The notes below the pieces were generated by a model that saw nothing but the letters and a program-made list of their open reading frames with translations, had not been told where the DNA came from and did not search any database. Below are positions 48,684 to 57,662 of a stretch of DNA of 64,000 bases, piece by piece. The position numbers were made by a program, and so were the translations under genes. Position 1 is the first letter of the stretch. Every line of letters starts with the position of its first letter. Source of the stretch: Nemertoderma westbladi (lineage: Eukaryota; Animalia; Xenacoelomorpha); the NCBI GenBank assembly GCA_032718475.1, contig JAUCBJ010009149.1, forward strand, positions 1 to 64,000. Reading direction: 5' to 3'.

Positions 48684-50489
48684 GTTAGTTAGGTAGCGCC
48701 TGGAGCGCCGTTTATTTTCGTATACTAGGTTTCATATAACTTCAATACCTTAGTTATGTAACTGCACAAATCAAGTAGGTTGTTGTTATATAATAATGCA
48801 TCAAGGTTATCAAAATTCATATTGGGGTAACTAGAACGCAAAGGTGTAGATAGTGGTCAACAAATAAGAACATGTTTTTCATCTTGAATAGAAATATTAT
48901 TACAGACACATACGCGCTCGGGAGAGGGCGTCCGTGTCCAACGTCCAGTTTCAATTCTGAGTTTGTGACTCATTAAACGGATACGTGTAAAAGCAACTCT
49001 TAAGTAATCAGGAATATATGGCTTACTTACACAATATATCGGGTGCACGGACATACCTTTATTCAAAATAGTTCGATATGTATAAAATTTCGTACATTTA
49101 TCCGGTTTATTAAAATACGGCTAGACACTGCATCTAGGCCACTCGATTTGTCTACATGAGTAAGCAACCTATAACCTGGACTATTAGCAGCCCTGCACAA
49201 CTCCAACGCCTGTCTGAAGGGGGTGTCAATGTCGTACGTCATCGCTTTGGAGTAGAACCGCTGCCTGGATCTATGAATCCGATGTATTATGGGGGGGAGA
49301 CCAACTTCTATCAAACACGGATCAGTTGGTGTCTGATCTCTGACGCCCAAAAGGGACTTTACCATACGGTGATAATATTTGTCAACTACTTTCACGTTGT
49401 TTGTGAGCCAACCCTCTGACGCATACAGCAATGACGACATAACCCCAGCTTCAAGCACACGTTTCTTTAAAATAAATGGCATTGAAGAGTTTACAGTACA
49501 AAATATTATGAATTTATTCGTTGTTTCTTCAAACTTACGTTCTAATAATTTAAACACAGATGACATCTTGCCATCTTCTGTAAATAGGCTCCCTAGATAC
49601 ACATAACTAGTACAGTGTTCTACAATAATATCGTTACAATGTAAAGGTAATTTATCGTCCGTTGACCCGTTGACTACAAAAAACTTAGTTTTCTTTTTAT
49701 TTATTACCATCCCAGATATGCTACAAAACTCACACAACGCAAAGTACTTTTTATTTAAATTCTCACGACTAGTTGCCAAAAGCACCGTATCGTCCATTAG
49801 AAGTAGGATATTTATTGCACCAATGAAACCATCGCGATCTATTACATTTTTTACCATTGTGACTAATCGATTTAAGTAAATACAAAAAAGAATACAACTG
49901 GTTGGTGCGCCCTGGCGCACTCCAATAGAAACGAAAATTATTGCTGATTTTAATATACTCCTAGTACAACGATATATTGCCTGAATCGCTAGCAACATAA
50001 CCCTACCACAACCAAGACACTTTAAGTATTGAACCATTGCATCCCTCGGCACTCGGTGATAAGCTTTGCTAAAATCTACAAAAAGTAGAAAAAGTTTTAC
50101 TTTCTTGAACAGAGCTAAATCAATCAGCAGCCTCAAAGTTAGAATCTGCTCGATATAACCTCTGTTCTTTAACCCCCCTGCTTGACATTTATCTATATTA
50201 CACCACCTAAGAAGTCTAGAGTTCAATAATAAATCATATAATTTACCCAGTGAATCCATAATTGAAATCCCTCTATAATTGTCGCAAGAAGATCTACTAC
50301 CTGATTTGAAAAGGACCACCAGTTTACTGATAACCCATGAGCTAGGATAACATATATTCTGAAAAACAATGTTAAAAATTGATAGCAATAGCAAAAGCCA
50401 TTGACCCGGTAAAGCGGTGAGTATCCCCAGTCCAATTCCTATATAACCTTTATTAATTATTAATTAATAAAAATTAATTAATTAAAATT
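48684..50489 (-). mobile_element. 5'-truncated non-LTR retrotransposon (RTEX/CR1-group-like; clade tentative)
   Basis: RT: NYRGIS, FVDFSKAY, GVRQG, LMDD, YLG; C-terminal SHKLRIETGRW..C.C..DEKH..C; (TAAC)n tail; AATA on both flanks. Confidence 0.88.
49063..50394 (-). CDS. LINE reverse transcriptase fragment (continues, frameshifted, at 48857-49066)
   Basis: RT motifs as above. Confidence 0.88.
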   Translation of the reverse strand: MLLLSIFNIVFQNICYPSSWVISKLVVLFKSGSRSSCDNYRGISIMDSLGKLYDLLLNSRLLRWCNIDKCQAGGLKNRGYIEQILTLRLLIDLALFKKVKLFLLFVDFSKAYHRVPRDAMVQYLKCLGCGRVMLLAIQAIYRCTRSILKSAIIFVSIGVRQGAPTSCILFCIYLNRLVTMVKNVIDRDGFIGAINILLLMDDTVLLATSRENLNKKYFALCEFCSISGMVINKKKTKFFVVNGSTDDKLPLHCNDIIVEHCTSYVYLGSLFTEDGKMSSVFKLLERKFEETTNKFIIFCTVNSSMPFILKKRVLEAGVMSSLLYASEGWLTNNVKVVDKYYHRMVKSLLGVRDQTPTDPCLIEVGLPPIIHRIHRSRQRFYSKAMTYDIDTPFRQALELCRAANSPGYRLLTHVDKSSGLDAVSSRILINRINVRNFIHIELF

Positions 50490-51048
50490 AATACATTACG
50501 TAATACTGTATACCTAACGTATCTAAATATTTCCTTACAGATTTATTTAGAAACTCAGAACCTTGATCCGTGGCGATTCTGTTTGGTTTTCCTTTCTGGA
50601 ATATTTTTTGCAATATACTAATAATTTCAACACCCTTTTTTGTTTTCATAGCATAGCCAAAAGCAAGCCGACTGAAGGCATCAATGCACGTTAATATATA
50701 GATATAATTATTGTTTTGCGATTTATATTGCTGCATATCCACCAGATCTATCATATATATATCTTCTATGCCTCCCGTAAATATTTTAGATGTTGGATAA
50801 TGTTGTCTACGTGGAGCGTGAAGGGAGTATGTCTTTTGTCCGCTCAACCATTTATGGGCTTGCACTGGTTTGATGTTTGCAGCTTTTGCTAATTTTGCAA
50901 CACTTGCAAAACCCGCAGGGGATGAAGGATCTAAATAAATTCTTGACAGTTTTTTGTCTAAGCTTCGGCTTAAAATCGGTTTCATCTTGCGTGGCATCTT
51001 TTCGGCAACCACAAGTAATATGTATATTCAAATCTCTTATAAAGGGCA

Positions 51049-51219
51049 TCACCGTAAGAACAACTGAAATTTTTTAATTATTTTCTTCGAAGTTGATGTT
51101 TTAAAGGGTTTTCTTTTTGTAGTATTTACTCTAGGTATATCTTGTGGTTTTAAATCAGCAGCTAACGGTTTACTCGATACTAAATATAATTTTCTAAATG
51201 TTACTCCTGTTTTAACCAT
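51049..51219 (-). CDS. Small basic ORF, 56 aa (MVKTGVTFRKLYLV...)
   Basis: Fills the gap between two genes; (TAA)n-ATG start as in neighbouring genes. Confidence 0.45.
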   Translation of the reverse strand: MVKTGVTFRKLYLVSSKPLAADLKPQDIPRVNTTKRKPFKTSTSKKIIKKFQLFLR

Positions 51220-51227
51220 TATTATTA

Positions 51228-51611
51228 TTACCGCCCACGGTTAATATTTTTCGCAATAGCAGCCCCAGCGGCAGCGGCACCGGCACTCGCGGCTAGTTTA
51301 GCACCAATGCCGAGTAAGGGTATTAGAAACGGTAGTATGCCTCCAGATTGATTGCTTAACTTTTTTCTGTAACTTGATATATTTTTTGTCTTACGGTTGA
51401 GTGATTTCAATACCTTCTTATAGCGGCGAATATTTCTAAATGAATGAGGGGTCAATTGTACATTACCTTTTAGAACATTTAATGCAGTATTTACAATGAG
51501 CCGTATTAATTCGTTACTGGCGGTATGGTTAATAAAATAAGTTCTTTGTTGAGGGGTAGCGCTGCGTAGAAATTCCAGTTCGTTACGATATTTCTGCACA
51601 AGTCTATTCAT
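51228..51611 (-). CDS. Small basic virion protein with a QSGG|ILPFLIPLLG motif
   Basis: Basic; N.LKGN and QxGG plus a hydrophobic helix, typical of the Maverick gene next to the ATPase. Confidence 0.7.
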   Translation of the reverse strand: MNRLVQKYRNELEFLRSATPQQRTYFINHTASNELIRLIVNTALNVLKGNVQLTPHSFRNIRRYKKVLKSLNRKTKNISSYRKKLSNQSGGILPFLIPLLGIGAKLAASAGAAAAGAAIAKNINRGR

Positions 51612-51648
51612 TGTTGCAACATTATTGAAAATTGTTACAAAATATTAA

Positions 51649-52329
51649 TTATTTATCATTATTATTATTATTATTTTCGCTACGTTTATAGTCAGTGTAA
51701 TTTTTAATGTAACAATTATGATTACGAAATATATCAGATCTAAATCTTAAATGTTCGGGTGTTTCCTGTCGTAAATCAATTAAGAAATGTGAAAATGGCT
51801 CAATTGTCGCATCTTGATAGGAATCAACTAAAAATTTGGTCTGCCCTGGTAACATCTGCTTCGCGAAATTTAAAACCGATAGACTGTCTCTCGGATTTTT
51901 CATTAATACTAAAGTATGGCTATTAATTGATCTTGTGCGGTTATGCTTCCCACCGTAAAACATGTTTTGCGTTATAAAACAAATAAATATATTGGAATGA
52001 TGAGCTACCTTAGTAAACAATACAGTTAATGCTGTACTGGACTCAGTTTCTGTTAACAAATCATCTATAATTAATAAATCTCGACTATTGACTAATCTAT
52101 CTATATTTTCAGGCAAACCTTTGTAAAGGTGAGTAATACCGGGAATAGTCGGGGGATTGCTCCCGTAACAATACAATACTCGCAAAGGGGCTTCGTTGAA
52201 GCAGCCATTCTTGTGTTTAATTAAATTCCCCACAAAGGTTGACTTTCCGGAACCAGATGGCCCTGAAATTATCATACTTGTGCCCATTTGAAAGTTTAAA
52301 TTATATGGGCCTGAATTAAAGTCAGCCAT
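51649..52329 (-). CDS. Packaging ATPase (FtsK/HerA, A32-like)
   Basis: Walker A GPSGSGKS, Walker B LLIIDDL, HH.N..ITQN, R..S.N, KNPRD. Confidence 0.95.
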   Translation of the reverse strand: MADFNSGPYNLNFQMGTSMIISGPSGSGKSTFVGNLIKHKNGCFNEAPLRVLYCYGSNPPTIPGITHLYKGLPENIDRLVNSRDLLIIDDLLTETESSTALTVLFTKVAHHSNIFICFITQNMFYGGKHNRTRSINSHTLVLMKNPRDSLSVLNFAKQMLPGQTKFLVDSYQDATIEPFSHFLIDLRQETPEHLRFRSDIFRNHNCYIKNYTDYKRSENNNNNNDK

Positions 52330-52650
52330 TTATTATTATTATTAAGATATATCAACAATACAATATAATATAATATCAATATCAATATCAATAAACCAAC
52401 ACCATTACTATGTATATAACAATAATTGATGCAACTACAATATTAGAGTACTGTATATTTAATTAACATATGACACAACTACAGTATGTGACGCTCGCTG
52501 CAACAAAAGGTGCTATTTCCAATTATAGTATAGACTGATGTAATTTCAAGCATGGTGAGCATCTTTATACGCGAAATAATGATAGGTAACATCGGCGGTT
52601 TGGAAATCACTTCCCGAGAATTTCGCGCTTATGATTTTTTATGTTCGCTG

Positions 52651-52998
52651 CTAAAAAAAATAAGGAATATAGTAGCAACAGCGTCGTACTACGTTTCTAT
52701 AAAAAATATTCTCCAATATTGTAAATAAATCTCCGGGATCATTACTTTTCGCAGAAATATAAGTTATATTGCAAAGCTCTTTCCAATAAAAGGGTTGGTA
52801 TCTTGCCAACTTTATATTAAACTTAGATATGGGTGCGCGACAAATAGGACAAATTTTAGAACAATAATTATTCATTTCGGAATATTGTACAATACATTGT
52901 ATGCAAGTTGCATGTTTATTTTCACATTTATAATAATCTCGATGTTGTTGCAATAACTTAGAATAGCAACCTGGACATTTTTCATTTAAAATATCCAT
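52651..52998 (-). CDS. RING-finger (C3HC4) protein
   Basis: CPGC..CENKHATCIQC..CPICR. Confidence 0.78.
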   Translation of the reverse strand: MDILNEKCPGCYSKLLQQHRDYYKCENKHATCIQCIVQYSEMNNYCSKICPICRAPISKFNIKLARYQPFYWKELCNITYISAKSNDPGDLFTILENIFYRNVVRRCCYYIPYFF

Positions 52999-53166
52999 TT
53001 TCCAAATTTTAAAGTAAATTGAAAATAATTACCACAATACACAACAACAACAACAACAAACAAAACTGTTATACTGTATATACAAATACTACTACAATTT
53101 TCGATTATTTAAAAATAGTAAAATTTTATATATAATCATAAAATATTTATAATATAGGGGGAAAAG

Positions 53167-53610
53167 TCAAGAATTAATGATATTATCAACATATTCAACA
53201 TTATCCGCTGATTCTTCAGGTTCGACAAAGGATTCTTTTGAAATCATTACAATAAAGAAAGACATAATTTCGTAGGGGCTATGCCGATTTAGGCGTATTT
53301 CAAACTTTTCACCAGCTTCGTTGTATTGTGTAATAACAATAAATCTCTCTATCATGGATAATAGTAAGATGTTGGTTAATTTTCCCCCATGCTCAGCTTT
53401 CAGGTTGTAATCTAAAAGATGAATACTATTATCTGAAGCATCAATATCGATTGAGCTTAAAACTTTCCTGGCTTTTTCAGAAAACTCAATTTTATATTTA
53501 TCATCTCCCTGACGGTAAATTGTATAATCAATAACAATATAGGCTTGACCATCTTCTGCAAAAAATGAATGCCTTAATATTGGCATAACCATATCGGAAT
53601 CAGAAGACAT
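53167..53610 (-). CDS. Hypothetical acidic Maverick protein, 147 aa
   Basis: Intact ATG ORF co-oriented with the gene block; no recognised motif. Confidence 0.6.
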   Translation of the reverse strand: MSSDSDMVMPILRHSFFAEDGQAYIVIDYTIYRQGDDKYKIEFSEKARKVLSSIDIDASDNSIHLLDYNLKAEHGGKLTNILLLSMIERFIVITQYNEAGEKFEIRLNRHSPYEIMSFFIVMISKESFVEPEESADNVEYVDNIINS

Positions 53611-54188
53611 TATTTAATTTATTTTATTGTAAATCAAACAAACAAAGTAAAAACTTTTAAACTAAAACCATTACAAATGATTAATTGTGATTAAAGCAAA
53701 AGATTATATATAAGATATTTTCAAAAATAATACAGGTCTTAAACTGGAAAATAGCCTAAATTCGGTTTATTGATTGGTTGATTAGCCGGTAGGGAACTAC
53801 AGTATAAACAAAAAAATTATTGCGTAATAATAATCACTAATGCTCGTATACGCGTAGCTGGAACGTGACGGAATCTCACATATCATACTGGTTGGTTTGT
53901 TGATTTGACGACAGCAGTCGTGGAGTTGGCAATCAATATAATATAATATATGCATGATGCGTGTAGTTAGTGGCCACGTTGTCAGCATATACAGTATACA
54001 GTGGTTGGTTGCGTGGCAGTGGTGGTAACGTGGTGAAAAGGTGAATAACCGTAGGGTTAGGCAAACATCGCCGTTGATTGGTTGGTTGGTGGGTGGTTGG
54101 GTGGGTAACAGCTGTGGATTGAGTAGCGATGGGATGGGGGCTAGCCATGCATCGTGAGGTTAGGCTATGTGAAGATGAATATGCAATG

Positions 54189-54507
54189 GTTGGTGAAAAA
54201 TAGCGATTTGAAAAATAATAGAAGTTACCTGATGCTAAGTGTAGACACCCGAACACCTGTAAAATAAAGGTTGGTGATTGGATGCAGTACTAGCGTTGGG
54301 TGACTAATAACGCCTCTAGCGGAATAAGCGGGAACTTGAGAAGTTACCATGGTTACGGATGAAATGCTGACATCTGATTGGTTGAAATAATAACGACCAC
54401 TGCAAAAGGTTGAAATGGTGGCTTCTGATTGGCTGCAGTACCAGAAATGGATGGTAATGACGGGCTACGGGTGACCATGGTGCCGTCTCCATGTATCTTA
54501 TACTACT
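54189..54507 (-). repeat. Maverick 1 right TIR
   Basis: Reverse complement of 33227-33548. Confidence 0.93.
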
Positions 54508-55105
54508 GTCTTTCTCTGAGTGTTCTACGGGAAGGTCCAGTAAGGTACCAACCTACTCTAGTTCTTACCGCATAAGTCTGAAGTGGTTGCGGTTGAGCAG
54601 GTCGTTTCTCTAATGTCTCCAGCCCCTCAGGCGCGTTTTGACCGATTAATATTTGTACTCCAGGATAATCGGTGTCGAATCTAGGGATGTTAAGTTGTTG
54701 GGCATGATCATCTTCGTCCCAATTATAAGGTTCCACTTGGGTGGTAGCGAAGTTCTTTATTGCCACCATTTTTACTGACCTTATACTGTATTCTCCTAGT
54801 TTATCCTGTGGAGTGGACAACTCGCCTATATAATAGTCGGCAGCTACAGTAGATTTCCAAACCTGCATGATTCCTGACATGTTTAGCTTGGTTCGGAACT
54901 TGGGTTGTCCAGCAAAGATTTCTTCGGCTAGTTCTTTATCGATGAATGTTCCTGTGCTACCGGAGTCCAGGAGGGCGTTCACTATATAGCTCTTCTGAGG
55001 TCCGTGGACCCGTAACTGGACTACAGGAAATTCTCGGATTCCTACATTTGAAGTTGTCGCTTTCCAAGATTGTTGTTGATCCGAAGTAGTTAAAGTAAGG
55101 TCGTT
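54508..55105 (-). CDS. Pao protease segment isolated between the two Mavericks
   Basis: ALLDSGSTGTFI..ILIGQN..TRVGW; highly similar to 6767-7365. Confidence 0.9.
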
Positions 55106-56067
55106 AGTAGTATAGAATGCTATGACACGACATCAAGGTCACCCGTAGCCCATCATTACCGTCCATTTCTAGTACTGCAGCCAATCAGAAGCCACCATTT
55201 CAACCTTTAGAAGTGGTCGTTATTATTTCAACCAATCAGATGACAGCATTTCATCCGTAACCATGGCAACTTCTCAAGTTCCCGCATCTTCCGCTAGAGG
55301 CGTTATTAGTCACCCACCGCTAGTACTGCATCCAATCATAAGCCTTTATTTTACAGGTGTTCAGGGTGTCTACACTTAGCATCAGGTAACGTCTACTATT
55401 TTTCAAATCGCTATTTTTCAGCGACCAGTATTTTCATATTTACCAACCTTTATTTTACAGACGCTAGGGATGTCTACAGGTAACGTCTACTATTTTTCAA
55501 ATCGCTATTTTTCACCAGTAACTAAATTTAATTTTGCAATTTTTCAGATAACAAAATATTCAACAGGGTTCGAACTCGGGACTGTTATAACTCCTCACAA
55601 CTCACCACTCACTCCCCCCATCCAGCCTCAAGAGAAAAAGGCAATAAATATCCGAGTTATGCCGTAGCTATTGAATTCTTCATCTTCAACTCTGGTGGCA
55701 GATGTTTATAAATAGCTTCTAGTTCGTTAACATAATTACTATAGCATAGAATACATTAATTCGACTATTAATAATAATCGATTTCTTTTATCGATGTAAC
55801 TGATCGGTCAACTAAGTTAAAATATAAGTTAGAATGACAGGGCTAGCATTGATCACGTTGCATCTGTTACTCGTTACTGCTATTTCACTCTCTAACTCAC
55901 GCTAATGTAATAAATTTAGCGGTACACGTTGCATCTGTTACACGAAGCTACTATATTCCTCACTGTAAGTCACTCTGCTGTATTAAAGCAACCATATAAA
56001 CAGAAGTTTTACAATCTAATAATCATTTATTTAGTTTTTATTTTTCAAAATAGTTTTCATTCTAATT

Positions 56068-56973
56068 ATGGATTTATTTAAAAAAACTTCAAGCAATACT
56101 TGGAAATTTACATTTAATAAATATACCTGTAGTATTGTTTATGGCAAGTACTTTATATTACTCTCAAACGATAGCAATGTAACAACGTGCTTCTCTTACC
56201 AGGATACTCTCTACCTTCTAGACGTCTTAGAAATATTAATCAACCGACAAAAGGAATCACCAGTTTCAAGAGGTAATATTTATCCTAATATAGAATTTAC
56301 AAGAGGAAAGTTAAATATTTCCACCTGCATTATAACTGAAAACGTATATATTCAGATGCAAGGCAAATGCCAAATTCTAAACAAATCACTCATTAATTTA
56401 TTGCTTCAGAGTAAGACAGAAATATTAGAATTGTTATCACCACCACTCGAAATAATAAATCAGTGTTCTGTTGTTAATTTAACCAACCCATCTTTTGTTG
56501 GTTTTGTAAGCAAATATAAAGGAACGACTTATATGGGACTATGGGAGATTTCAGCTAGATATTCTGATGCTATTGGTCTTAGGTATTATAATGGGTTTAA
56601 CTTAACAGCATCGGAAGTAAATTCATTGTGGTATGAATGGAATTATGAAATTAGTAACGAAGGTGTCTTTTCAGAGCTAGATACGGACGATAAAGTAGCT
56701 TTATCTGACCGACTTAAAGTAAAAATAAATGTACAAGAAAAAAAAGTAATTATTACAGACAAGGAAAGCAAATATTTACAGTTACATTACGATAAAGACA
56801 TACCTCATATAGAGTTTCTCTATGATATGATGTTAAAGGTTTCATCAACTGATATAGCAGACGGTTTTGCGCTTCTATATCAACCAACTTGGAAGTTTAA
56901 GGTTAATAAGTCATGTCCAGAAGTAGTTTCATCAACATTTAATCCAAAGACATACATCGAAGAGACCGAGTGA
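56068..56973 (+). CDS. Maverick ORF1, 301 aa, possible PC4-like domain (a 2-bp deletion truncates the tail that would end at 57112)
   Basis: FVSKYKGTTYMGLWE...GFNLTASEVNSL resembles PC4 VSVRDFKGKVLIDIRE...GISLNPEQWSQL. Confidence 0.6.
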   Translation: MDLFKKTSSNTWKFTFNKYTCSIVYGKYFILLSNDSNVTTCFSYQDTLYLLDVLEILINRQKESPVSRGNIYPNIEFTRGKLNISTCIITENVYIQMQGKCQILNKSLINLLLQSKTEILELLSPPLEIINQCSVVNLTNPSFVGFVSKYKGTTYMGLWEISARYSDAIGLRYYNGFNLTASEVNSLWYEWNYEISNEGVFSELDTDDKVALSDRLKVKINVQEKKVIITDKESKYLQLHYDKDIPHIEFLYDMMLKVSSTDIADGFALLYQPTWKFKVNKSCPEVVSSTFNPKTYIEETE

Positions 56974-57662
56974 TAGAAAGCGCAGATCTACATCTCAAAC
57001 ATCATCCATTCCCGACAATGATTCTATACCTACAAAGAAAATAAAAGTTACAAAAGCAAGTGAAGAGGTAGCAGATTACAATAAGGAACATATAAAAACA
57101 GTATCAGATTGATTTATTATTAACTAGAGACTTTTCTTTTTCAGTTTCACACTGACTTGTAAAGGTAACTTTTTAACACAAAGCGTGATTATTATAAAGT
57201 ATTTGCATGTAAAGGTGACTTTATTGAGTAAATATTGGTGATAGTTTAATGTGAGCATGGGATTATGTATAAAACATTCGCATGTAAATGCGTGAGTTTA
57301 CCCCACCATAATAAAACATTTGCATGTAAAACCTACTTTATCAATGAAAATTAAAAACGCATTATGTACATCTTGGTTTAGACTTGATTTTATTATAAAG
57401 AATTCAGTTGTAAAAGCAACTTTATTTATGATGTTAGTTTCCCAATGAAACTGTTATTTATGATTGGTTGGTCTAAGTAGAAACTTGAAATATATATATA
57501 AAGAGCTCAACTGATTCAATCGAGCTCATTCTGAAAATATTAAATTAATTAAAGTTTAGATATTATATTTTATTTGTGTTGAGTAGCTTATGAATTTTTT
57601 TTTGATTATATATATATAACAATATTCATATTAATTTTAAATTGTTTTAGGATAATAAAGAT

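Larger units (their letters stand above)
48096..51012 (-). pseudogene. int: Retroviral-like (rve) integrase split by a LINE insertion
   Basis: IDLVDM, CIDAFSR, TDQGSEF, then KAAIVERFNRTLK, YNRSYHRTI..TP, FAKGY..W and a chromodomain-like end; also a TAG stop at 48588-48590. Confidence 0.92.
33227..54507 (+). mobile_element. Maverick/Polinton 1 (complete, 21,281 bp including two nested insertions)
   Basis: AGTAGT...ACTACT termini, TIRs, 6-bp TSD GTCTTT (33221-33226 and 54508-54513); pPolB, integrase, ATPase, adenain protease and capsid genes. Confidence 0.97.
26155..55105 (-). mobile_element. BEL/Pao LTR retrotransposon interrupted by two Mavericks (gag and 5' LTR expected beyond the window)
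   Basis: 3' LTR, ORF3, IN, RNaseH, RT and protease are colinear across the Maverick 1 TSD and match the plus-strand element up to 55105. Confidence 0.9.
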
